DNA of 16,715 nt from an uncultured Deinococcales bacterium (GCA_964247135.1 CAXTTL010000099.1:1-16715); one strand, 5' to 3'; positions 8,299 to 16,118 are shown, counted from the stretch's first letter. Notes: generated from the letters alone by a model not told the origin. A program made the numbers and translations.

Positions 8299-8559
8299 AT
8301 GACCTGGCAAGAAATACGAAATCAATACCCCAACACCTGGTTGTTGCTCGAGGCGATCAAAGCGCATTCCGAAAACGATCACCGAATTTTGGAAGATTTG
8401 TCCGTTATCTCGAGGTTTGATGATTCTGCCAGCGCCTTGGACGCTTACGCTCAACTTCACGAAATCGCGCCAATCCGTGAATTGTTGGTTTTGCACACCA
8501 GCCAAGATAAACTCGAGATCAAAGAACGATTTTGGCTTGGCATTCGAGCCGCCGCGTGA
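8299..8559 (+). CDS. Small hypothetical protein (86 aa)
   Basis: Fills the gap between the DinB-like and GNAT genes and has its own -10 box. The sequence MTWQEIRNQYPNTWLLLEA...RELLVLHTS...FWLGIR has globular composition and resembles, from memory, small proteins encoded upstream of retropepsin-like proteases. Confidence 0.8.
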   Translation: MTWQEIRNQYPNTWLLLEAIKAHSENDHRILEDLSVISRFDDSASALDAYAQLHEIAPIRELLVLHTSQDKLEIKERFWLGIRAAA

Positions 8560-8568
8560 AAATCAAAA

Positions 8569-9372
8569 TCAATTCCAACGTGTGTACAACCAAAGCTCGC
8601 GGTCTTGCGGGATTTCACGAAAGCCAGCCTTTTCGTACAGGCGAATGGCTGCAATATTTTCGGTATTCACTTGCAAACTGATACGCTCGCAAACGCCAAC
8701 GGCTTGGTTTTTCAGCGTTTCCAATAACATTCGTGCAAATCCCCGACGTTGAAAGTCGGGATGTGTTGCCAAGCTCATCACTTCGAGTTTGTTGTCTCGA
8801 GGTTCGAGATGAACGGCAGCCACTGGTAGGTTTTCAAACTCAACGATTCTGAGCCAGCCTTGCTCGAGTAATGTTTGTATTTTGTCCAGTGAATAATCCA
8901 TGAGCACACCCAACACGGTTTGCACACCAAATAAATCTGTGGTTTTGGATGGTTGGAATTTCGCAGGTGAACCCGCAGCAATTGAGAGTTCAAAACGCGA
9001 AAAGTATTTTGTGGTTTCAATGCTTGCATGGCTACGAATCAGTGCCTCGAGGTTTGTATTTTCAGACTTTAAATCGAAACGCAGCAATTTTGAACCAAGA
9101 GCATGATGGGTTTTGAAGTGCTTGAGTAAAATCCTGATTGTGTTTTCATCAGGCGCAAACAGTTCAGCGATGTTCAAATTGTTGCCCGATGGAAAATAGC
9201 GCAAAAACCCAAGTGCTTTTCCGGCTTCTTCGAGCCAAAACCAATCCGTCGGCGCTGGTTCTGGAAAATACTCGAGTTCGTCAGCCAGCGTAAATTCGCT
9301 GCTGCCATAAGACGCCAGCAGCAAAGGCTCAAGTGTTTCCAGATCGGCTCGAGTGATCAAATGAACGCTCAT
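8569..9372 (-). CDS. GNAT family N-acetyltransferase (two-domain, with a recognisable C-terminal GNAT)
   Basis: Acetyl-CoA motif LATHPDFQRRGFARMLL and LQVNTENIAAIRLYEKAGF. Start reassigned to ATG 9372 (MSVHLI, 267 aa) after the RBS GAGGA, 16 nt downstream of the rqcH stop. Confidence 0.85.
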   Translation of the reverse strand: MSVHLITRADLETLEPLLLASYGSSEFTLADELEYFPEPAPTDWFWLEEAGKALGFLRYFPSGNNLNIAELFAPDENTIRILLKHFKTHHALGSKLLRFDLKSENTNLEALIRSHASIETTKYFSRFELSIAAGSPAKFQPSKTTDLFGVQTVLGVLMDYSLDKIQTLLEQGWLRIVEFENLPVAAVHLEPRDNKLEVMSLATHPDFQRRGFARMLLETLKNQAVGVCERISLQVNTENIAAIRLYEKAGFREIPQDRELWLYTRWN

Positions 9373-9388
9373 ATGATTTTCCTCAATT

Positions 9389-10951
9389 TCAAATTCTCCC
9401 AGGCAATCCAGGCTCAACAAACACCGTCTTCTGATGGCTAAAGTACACCGCTCCCGCTCGAGCACCTTTGGGACGCCAGACGCTTTTTGCCAGCGTGTAA
9501 TCGACTGGAACGTTGGTGCTGCCTTTGGCTTTGCTGAAATGCGCGGCAATGCTGGCAGCCTCGAGAATCTCACTAAATGGCACTTCACGGTTTTTGGCGC
9601 GAACGATCACATGCGAACCTGGGTAGCCTTGAACGTGCATCCAGACATCCATGCTCTTGGCAAGTTTATGGGTGAGCACATCGTTTTCTTTGTCGTTGCG
9701 TCCAACCAGCACTTCAAAACCGCCTTTGGTTTTAAAGCGCATTCCAACGGCGGGTGGTGCTTCGCGGTTGTCGTCGGCTTCGAGCAGTTTCTCGAGTTTG
9801 GATTCGGTTGCCGTCTCGAGGGTTGCCAGCAAGTCCAGAACCTCGCGCTGGGTTTGAAGCAGTGCAGGTTCGCGTTCCTCGAGTTTGGCAAAAACCTCTT
9901 CGCGGCGGCGTGCGCGAGCGTAAAGTTTGTTGGCATTCTGGGCGGCGTCCAGGGTTGGCTCGAGCGGAATCTGTACCTCGCCAGCGCCGTATAAATTGGG
10001 CAGTGTGACGCTCGAGACACCCGTCGGCACATCACGGACGAACGCCAATAACGTGTCCGCCCACTCTCGAGCCTGCCAACCCTCCAACAAGGCTTCTCTG
10101 GCGCGATTGACATCTTCCAGTTGCTTCTCGAGCAGTTTGGCGCGTTTCTCGAGCGGTTCGCGTAAGGCTTTGCGCAGGGCGATCAGGCGGTCTTCGGTGG
10201 CGCGACCTCGGGCTTGGTCGGACAAACTTTGCTCGCTCGAGAGGCTGGGGTTTTTCGTCAAGGCTCGCAGCGCAATCAAACCGCGTTCAAATTCTGTCCC
10301 CTCAAATTTGCCAGCGCGAAACTCGAGTTCTTGCGCCAAACTTGGACCCAAACCGTCCAATTGTTTCGCCCAACTCGAGATCGGTTTCCCCTCGAGTTTT
10401 TCGCGCAGTTCGGCGTCGCTGGCGATTCTGGGGTCAAGCTTTTCGTAGGGTGGCGGTGGGCTGTACTTGCCACCTGTGCGGATTTGCCTGAAGCGGTTGC
10501 GATCACCCGTGATCTCCCTCGCCGCCGCCAGAATTTTGCCTTCAAAACTGACTCCAGGCTCGAGCATCAGCATGTTGGTGTTGCGTCCGGTCAACTCGAA
10601 CAAGACCCGCACGGCTGGAAGTGCCACAAAACCTGGCGCATCCGCAAACTCGAGCATCACCACACGATCCAATTTGAGTTGCGATATTTGCTCGAGCGTT
10701 CCCTTGACCCGACCTTCAAGCGCCCGTCCGAAGGCATTGACCGCACTGCCCTCGAGCTTGTCACGGTTGAGGTACAAGGCTGGTGTCGGTGGACGGTAGG
10801 CAAAAACCAAATTGAAGGGCTTGGCATTTTTGGAGATTGGCTCGAGCAGCAAGGCGGCGGTGGTTTCGTTGGGAAAAACCCAACCCAAATTGCGGGCTGG
10901 CAATAGCCCTTGCAATTCCTCGAGAATTTTAGCGATGAACAAACCTTCCAT
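9389..10951 (-). CDS. rqcH: Ribosome quality control protein RqcH/Rqc2 (NFACT, 'fibronectin-binding protein A' family)
   Basis: 520 aa. NFACT-N motifs KLDRVV, FELTGRNTN and YSPPP; coiled coil with NANKLYARARR; NFACT-R motifs VGRNDKENDVLT, WMHVQGYPGSHV, AAHFSK, VDYT and RPKGARAGAV. RBS GAGGTG and -10 TATGAT at 10976-10981. Confidence 0.92.
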   Translation of the reverse strand: MEGLFIAKILEELQGLLPARNLGWVFPNETTAALLLEPISKNAKPFNLVFAYRPPTPALYLNRDKLEGSAVNAFGRALEGRVKGTLEQISQLKLDRVVMLEFADAPGFVALPAVRVLFELTGRNTNMLMLEPGVSFEGKILAAAREITGDRNRFRQIRTGGKYSPPPPYEKLDPRIASDAELREKLEGKPISSWAKQLDGLGPSLAQELEFRAGKFEGTEFERGLIALRALTKNPSLSSEQSLSDQARGRATEDRLIALRKALREPLEKRAKLLEKQLEDVNRAREALLEGWQAREWADTLLAFVRDVPTGVSSVTLPNLYGAGEVQIPLEPTLDAAQNANKLYARARRREEVFAKLEEREPALLQTQREVLDLLATLETATESKLEKLLEADDNREAPPAVGMRFKTKGGFEVLVGRNDKENDVLTHKLAKSMDVWMHVQGYPGSHVIVRAKNREVPFSEILEAASIAAHFSKAKGSTNVPVDYTLAKSVWRPKGARAGAVYFSHQKTVFVEPGLPGRI

Positions 10952-11010
10952 AAGAACTTCACCTCAAAGGTCAGGATCATACGACACATCAATTTCTGAG
11001 GCATCAACAC

Positions 11011-11042
11011 AAAAGCCTATCCAATGTGAGGGATAGGCTTTT
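11011..11042. terminator. Intrinsic terminator, probably bidirectional
   Basis: Perfect 12-bp inverted repeat AAAAGCCTATCC-N8-GGATAGGCTTTT with T runs on both strands, 80 nt downstream of the stop of the 11123 gene. Confidence 0.85.
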
Positions 11043-11122
11043 CAAATTCAAAACTGGTTGAACTGTTGATCTCGAGGATCACAACTGGCATTTGTCAATG
11101 TTGGTGTCGCGTGAAATCCAGA

Positions 11123-11725
11123 TTATTTGCGAGTCAAAGGTGCGATAAATATGTATTTTACATCCAGTGCGTTGGCAATCACTGTGCCATCGGTTAGTTT
11201 CGCCGCCAACAGTTTTTTGACCGCGCTGACCGATTGGGCGGGCAGCAATGCCGCGTAAGCTTTGCTGATCTGCGCATCTTTACTCGCATCTTTGGTGTAA
11301 GCCGGTTGGACGTGAATCACATTCCAGTACACGGTTTTTGCGTCGTTATCGGCTTGGCTTGGTAAACCATCCAAAACATGATCGTGGTAATCCCAAGCGT
11401 TTTCGCCGTCTCCAAAGTGATCGCAATAATTGCACAGTGGGCGTGCAAGCGTCTCCTGCCAACCTGTCGGGTATTCGGTTTCGTAAATCGTGTGAATCTG
11501 TTTTGCCGAAATACCTTTTGGGGCTGCGCCGAGGTTGGCGAATTGCACCAGACGGTTGTTCAAATAGGCTGGTTGAAACATCTCATGGGCTTGATCCACG
11601 GCATCGTGTTTCATGGTTTGCCGCATGTTGAGATTCGTGCTCGAGGGACGAGAATGGACTGAGGCGACTGCCACGGCGGCAATCAAAGCTGTGCCAACGA
11701 CCAACAACCAAACGGGACTTTTCAT
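11123..11725 (-). CDS. Secreted hypothetical protein with a Cys/His cluster (putative metal binding)
   Basis: Start reassigned to ATG 11725 after GGAGGA (200 aa). Signal peptide MKSPVWLLVVGTALIAAVAVA and motif PLCNYCDHFGDGENAWDYHDHVLD. It has its own predicted promoter and terminator. Confidence 0.8.
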   Translation of the reverse strand: MKSPVWLLVVGTALIAAVAVASVHSRPSSTNLNMRQTMKHDAVDQAHEMFQPAYLNNRLVQFANLGAAPKGISAKQIHTIYETEYPTGWQETLARPLCNYCDHFGDGENAWDYHDHVLDGLPSQADNDAKTVYWNVIHVQPAYTKDASKDAQISKAYAALLPAQSVSAVKKLLAAKLTDGTVIANALDVKYIFIAPLTRK

Positions 11726-11758
11726 AATTCCTCCAAAGTCATGCTTGTAACGAAGCCC

Positions 11759-11804
11759 ACGATAAAGCTCGCGTTTCAATGCTCGCATCGGGTGTTCACC
11801 CGAT
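11759..11804 (-). promoter_or_regulatory. Activator-type promoter: 18-bp palindrome plus -10 box
   Basis: ATCGGGTG-TT-CACCCGAT (11787-11804) has perfect 8-bp arms. On the minus strand TATCGT (11759-11764) lies 22 nt downstream, placing the palindrome centre at about -43.5. Confidence 0.7.
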
Positions 11805-11811
11805 CTTTTCT

Positions 11812-13308
11812 TCAGAGCAAATGGTTTTGCATGGCGTACAAGGTTGCCGCCGCTCGAGTGTTGAGATTCAACTTCTCGTAAATGTGTTGAACATGATGTC
11901 CCACGGTTTTGTAGGTGATGCCCAGTCGTTCGGCAATCAAGCGATTGGATTCTCCTCGAGCCAGCAAGCGTAGAACCTCGACCTCTCGAGGGCTGAGACC
12001 GCCAGGTGCCTGGATTCGGGTGGGTTTGATCCCATCTTGAATAATTCCCAAAGTGGTTTCAACCACCTGGGTATCGAATAAACCATCTTTGCAGCCCTCG
12101 AGCAACGCACTTTTGATCTCGAGTGGACTTCGTTTTGCGCGGTGAGGACGATCTTGTGACATGGCTTGGCTTACGTCGCTCACTGCCAAAATCCGCGCCG
12201 ATAAGTTGAGCATGGCGGCGGGCAAACCTTTATAGTACCCAGTCCCATTCAAGCGCTCGTGATGAGCGGCTGCCAAATAGACCAGTGGCTCGAGATAAAC
12301 GGCATTTTTCAAAACCCGTTCGGTATGATACGGGTGCAGGTAAAGCTGCTCGCGTTCTGATTCTGACAAACGAGCTGTTTTGTTCAACAACGCGGCGGAA
12401 AGCGCCACATGACCAACATCTTGAACCAGCGCCACGCGACGTACAAGACTGGCATCCGCGCCAAGCGTTTGCGCCACACGACCTGCGAGGCTTGCCACGG
12501 CGCGAGCGTGACCGCGCAACCAGGTGGATTTTAGCGCGGTGAAATCGGACAATGCCTCAAGAACTTTGTCCACACCACCCTCATTGACCATGATCTGCGG
12601 CGCTGGCTCGAGCTTGAGGATGGCTTCGCGCACCGATGGCAAGCCCTCGAGTTCTGCCATCAAACCCACAATCACAGCATCGAATGCCTCCACCAGGGCT
12701 GGGTTAAAGCTTTGACCTGCACGTTTTTGCAGCACTGTTCGGGTTGCTTGTGTCCCAAGAAAATGCGAGAGGCTGATGAAATCTCGAGCGATTTGTACCA
12801 CTTGAACGCCGATCAAAATTGCCTCGCCTCGCAAGCCAGAGGGCAGACCTGTTCCGTCCCAATGCTCAAACAATTGCCACAATCCCGTTTGCAGCTTGGC
12901 ACTTAAACCGCAAGACGCCGCCAGCCGAGCGGCAACATCGCAACTCGAACGGTTCATTTCGAGTGCCGTTTCTGGGTCCACCAAAGGCAAATGCTGGGGC
13001 AATTGTTGGTTAAAATCGTCGGGCACAATCCCCATATGGTGTACGATCAGGCTTTGCATGGCAGACCGATCATTGCCCATAAACGCCGCGAAACTGCTGG
13101 CACTTGTTGTACATCCCAAAAAGTGCAGCAATGCCAGGTAAAAAATATTGTTCTGCTCGAGCAACCCAAGTTTTAGGGTTTGGGCAAATCGTAGGGCAAG
13201 CCAGCAAGCCTTAAACGCGCTGCCGATGGGTTGACCCATGCCCAAGTCGGTTGCCGCCGCCGTTGCAACCAGCAGATCGGCAAGGCGAATCGTGTGGGCA
13301 GTTGACAT
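11812..13308 (-). CDS. Tandem HD/HD-GYP domain protein with C-terminal LuxR-type HTH (transcriptional regulator)
   Basis: HD-GYP motifs FEHWDGTGLPSGLRGEAI, HPYHTERVL, HHERLNGTGY and ARILAVSDVSQAMSQDRPHR; LuxR HTH LSPREVEVLRLLARGESNRLIAERLGITYKTVGHHVQHIYEKL. Start set at ATG 13308 (498 aa), 8 nt after the extended -10 TGATACGCT. Confidence 0.9.
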   Translation of the reverse strand: MSTAHTIRLADLLVATAAATDLGMGQPIGSAFKACWLALRFAQTLKLGLLEQNNIFYLALLHFLGCTTSASSFAAFMGNDRSAMQSLIVHHMGIVPDDFNQQLPQHLPLVDPETALEMNRSSCDVAARLAASCGLSAKLQTGLWQLFEHWDGTGLPSGLRGEAILIGVQVVQIARDFISLSHFLGTQATRTVLQKRAGQSFNPALVEAFDAVIVGLMAELEGLPSVREAILKLEPAPQIMVNEGGVDKVLEALSDFTALKSTWLRGHARAVASLAGRVAQTLGADASLVRRVALVQDVGHVALSAALLNKTARLSESEREQLYLHPYHTERVLKNAVYLEPLVYLAAAHHERLNGTGYYKGLPAAMLNLSARILAVSDVSQAMSQDRPHRAKRSPLEIKSALLEGCKDGLFDTQVVETTLGIIQDGIKPTRIQAPGGLSPREVEVLRLLARGESNRLIAERLGITYKTVGHHVQHIYEKLNLNTRAAATLYAMQNHLL

Positions 13309-13375
13309 TTCAAAGTAGCGTATCACGCCCTTGTTCTGGCGAGACGAGCAAACATCAAGTCCCAGTCTTTATCCC

Positions 13376-14185
13376 TCACTCAAAAACAGCTAATTCTTCC
13401 AGCAATTCCTCGAGTTGCTCCCGTCGGCTTGTCTCACAACGTTGCGCCGTGCCAATCACCAGCAAATGCGCGAGGCTGGACATCAAACCCGACGCGCCGT
13501 ATTGACTGATGGCTTGGGTTGGCACGCGCAAAATATGGCTTGCCAGTGGCAGCAGTGGCGACGCGCCGTTGTCCGTAACCAGCAAAATGCTTGCCCCTCG
13601 AGTTTTGAGGCTTGTTGCGATTTGGGTGCTTGATCTGGCGTAACGCCGCGTCGAAAAAACCAGCACGGTGTCCTCCAAGCTGGCATCGAGCAGAATTTCT
13701 GGGCTGAACATGGTGCTCGGCTCGAGCAACCTGACCTCCGTGCGGACGCTCGAGAGTAATTCTTGGGTCAAGATGGCATGACCTTTGTTGGAGCGTGATC
13801 CCAGAATCCAAACGCGTCTGGCACTGGCGAGCACCTCACAGATGCGCTCGAGCAGTTCGTCGGAGGTGCGGCTGAGTTCCTCGAGGTTTTGTTTTTCGCG
13901 TTGCCAGTACGCGGCGAACACGCCCTCGGTGGTTTCTGGCACGGATGGCGCTTGTTGTTCGCGCAGTTCGCGGCGCAGGGCGCGGCGCAAATCTGGATAG
14001 CCTTCAAAACCCAGACGCTGGGCAAAGCGCGTGATGCTCGAGGGGCTTGTCTCGAGTTGGGCGGCGAGTTCCGCGCCCGAAAGCAAAAGTGTCGCCTCGA
14101 GGTTTGATAAAAAGTGCGTGGCGATTTGGTGGTCGGACGGCGAGAAATCGGCGGTGTTGTGGTCGATGCGTTCGCGCAGGGTCAT
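13376..14185 (-). CDS. RpiR/MurR family transcriptional regulator (HTH + SIS)
   Basis: 269 aa with N-terminal FSPSDHQIA...ELAAQLETSPSSITRFAQRLGFEGYPDL and a SIS domain (RRVWILGSR, VFSTRRY, LLVTDNGASPL). Divergent from ABC binding-protein genes. Confidence 0.9.
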   Translation of the reverse strand: MTLRERIDHNTADFSPSDHQIATHFLSNLEATLLLSGAELAAQLETSPSSITRFAQRLGFEGYPDLRRALRRELREQQAPSVPETTEGVFAAYWQREKQNLEELSRTSDELLERICEVLASARRVWILGSRSNKGHAILTQELLSSVRTEVRLLEPSTMFSPEILLDASLEDTVLVFSTRRYARSSTQIATSLKTRGASILLVTDNGASPLLPLASHILRVPTQAISQYGASGLMSSLAHLLVIGTAQRCETSRREQLEELLEELAVFE

Positions 14186-14244
14186 GGGTTTTCCAATCTC
14201 GAGGGTTGAGGCTTTTATTTTACGGTTTTTCGCAAAACTCGAGT

Positions 14245-14294
14245 TTGCAAAATAAATTTCAAAATGGTATCTTAATCTAGCAAGAAAAATTGCA
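14245..14294 (+). promoter_or_regulatory. Sigma70-type promoter of the ABC binding protein with two candidate operator boxes
   Basis: -35 TTGCAA (14245-14250), 17-bp spacer, extended -10 TGgTATCTT (14265-14273). Boxes TGCAA-N6-TTTCA (14246-14261) and AGCAA-N6-TTGCA (14279-14294). Confidence 0.65.
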
Positions 14295-14370
14295 AAAGGG
14301 CAAGTGCGCTTGAAGGGACAGACTGCGATTCAAACGTGCATTGCTTGCAATTGCACCATAAGGAGAACCT

Positions 14371-15948
14371 ATGAACAAGCGTTTGGGTGCAGTGGCAGCA
14401 TTGCTCGGCATTGGACTCTTGACCGTCGGCGTGACGGCTCAAAACTCCCGCTCGAGCACCCTGATTTACGGCGGAGACTGGTCTGGACTCATCACCGTTG
14501 ACCCTGGTCAAAGTTACGAATTCGCGGGCAGTCTGGTCACTGACAACTTGTACGAGACGCTGGTGAAGTTTGAAGGCACGGACTTGTCCACGCTCAAAGC
14601 GGGTATTGCCACCAAATGGACGACCAAAGACGCGGGTGACTCCTGGAAGGTCACGTTCAAACTGCGCAATGAAAAATTCTCGAGCGGCAATCCTGTGACC
14701 GCCGATGACGTGGTTTACAGCTTCGACCGTGCGATTGCCCTTAAAGGACCTGGGTCATTCTTGTTCACCAGCGTCGCCAACATGAAAGTCGGCAGCACCA
14801 AAGCCATCAACTCGAGCACCGTCGAATGCACCCTGCCCAAAACCGCCAGCCCAGCGGCGTTCCTCAATTTACTGACCTTTAACATTGGCGGCATTGTGGA
14901 CAGCATTGTGGTCAAAAGCCACGTGGTGGACAACGACTACGGCACGAATTGGCTCAAACGCAATTCGGCTGGCTCAGGACCATTCGTGCTCAACCGCTGG
15001 GATCAAAGCCAGCAAGTCGTGCTCGATGCCAACCCCAAATCGCGCTTGCAATCGAGTCTCAGCCGCGTGATCTTGCGCGAGATGAAAGAAGCCAACACCC
15101 AAAAAATCGCGCTCGAGACTGGCGAAATTGACATTGCCGATAATCTCACGCCGGACATGGTGAAAGCCAAAGCCACCGAGGGTAAATTCAACGTTTACAA
15201 AGCCGATTCGCTTAATCTTCAATACTTGGGCATGAACGTCGGCGATGCCAGCCCATTCAAGGATGCTCGAGTTCGTCAGGCGGTGCGTTACGCGCTTGAC
15301 CAGGACGGGATCATCTCGAGTTTGGCTGGCGGCAACGGACGTAAAGTCCAGACCATCATTCCTGCGGGCTTGTTCGGTTTTAACCCAGCCACGCCGTACA
15401 ATTTAAATCCAGAGAAAGCCAAAGAATTGCTGAAGGCGGCAGGCAAAGAGGGCGGCTTCGAGTTTGACATGCTGACGCCGCAAGGCGCTTGCTTGGCGGG
15501 CATTCCGTGCGCCGATCTGGCAGCCAAAATTCAGTCTGACCTTGCCAAAATTGGTTTGAAAGCCAACATCAAGCAACTCGTCGATTCCGAACTCTACCCG
15601 CTCTACCGCGCCCAAAAAGCCACGATGGTCTTGGTGGACTGGTCACCGGATTTTCCCGATCCGGACGGCAACGCCACCCCAATGAGCGACTTCGGTGCAA
15701 AAAGCCTGGCGTGGCGCAACGTTTGGAACAACCCGAGCGCGGGTGCGTTGGCGCAAAAAGCGGCACTCGAGCCGAATCCGACCAAACGTGCAGCCTTGTA
15801 CAAGCAACTGACCGAACTGCAACTCGAGGATGGTCCATTTGCGATTTTGTTCCAACCGACCGTTTCGGTGACGCTCAATAAAGCCGTCAAGGGGTATGTG
15901 CGCAACGCGCAAAACCAGATTCGCTTTGAAAAAATCTCCAAGCAATAA
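14371..15948 (+). CDS. ABC transporter substrate-binding protein, family 5 (dipeptide/oligopeptide, DppA/DdpA-like)
   Basis: 525 aa with a signal peptide and motifs LITVDP, NLYETLV, FSSGNPVTADDVVYSFDR, AGSGPFVL, LETGEIDIA, PFKDARVRQAV and WSPDFPDPD. RBS AAGGAG. Confidence 0.93.
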   Translation: MNKRLGAVAALLGIGLLTVGVTAQNSRSSTLIYGGDWSGLITVDPGQSYEFAGSLVTDNLYETLVKFEGTDLSTLKAGIATKWTTKDAGDSWKVTFKLRNEKFSSGNPVTADDVVYSFDRAIALKGPGSFLFTSVANMKVGSTKAINSSTVECTLPKTASPAAFLNLLTFNIGGIVDSIVVKSHVVDNDYGTNWLKRNSAGSGPFVLNRWDQSQQVVLDANPKSRLQSSLSRVILREMKEANTQKIALETGEIDIADNLTPDMVKAKATEGKFNVYKADSLNLQYLGMNVGDASPFKDARVRQAVRYALDQDGIISSLAGGNGRKVQTIIPAGLFGFNPATPYNLNPEKAKELLKAAGKEGGFEFDMLTPQGACLAGIPCADLAAKIQSDLAKIGLKANIKQLVDSELYPLYRAQKATMVLVDWSPDFPDPDGNATPMSDFGAKSLAWRNVWNNPSAGALAQKAALEPNPTKRAALYKQLTELQLEDGPFAILFQPTVSVTLNKAVKGYVRNAQNQIRFEKISKQ

Positions 15949-15954
15949 TGTTTA

Positions 15955-15998
15955 AGAGTCTCGAGCTGAGCTTCTACGTTCAGCTCGAGATTTTATTT
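15955..15998 (+). terminator. Intrinsic terminator after the first binding-protein gene
   Basis: TCTCGAGCTGA (15959-15969) pairs with TCAGCTCGAGA (15980-15990), followed by TTTTATTT. Confidence 0.85.
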
Positions 15999-16118
15999 CG
16001 TGCCCTCTCAATCAATTCCTCGAGCCATTTGAACGCAGTCAAAAAGTCACGCCAGTGTCAAACTGCGCCCAGTGAAATAGCGTAGACTGAAAAAGCTATT
16101 CAAATTGAGGAGGGGTGT

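Noticed and set aside
9373-9588. 72-aa N-terminal extension of the GNAT ORF, or a possible rqcH-GNAT frameshift fusion
   Set aside because: It overlaps the rqcH C-terminus, which ends normally. A good RBS precedes ATG 9372 and no slippery site was evident.
9434-10906. Several 170-230 aa plus-strand ORFs opposite rqcH, and the other short overlapping ORFs in the track
   Set aside because: They are shadow frames of well-supported genes with no motifs or translation signals.
11418-11435. Possible c-type cytochrome haem site
   Set aside because: The motif is CNYCDH (CxxCxH), not CxxCH. It is kept only as a putative metal site.
11726-11788. Longer start for the secreted protein, and likewise the 4446 and 13326 starts of rhaEW and the HD/LuxR gene
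   Set aside because: The extensions run through predicted promoter or operator DNA. The downstream ATGs have an RBS or -10 box and give a proper signal peptide or domain start.
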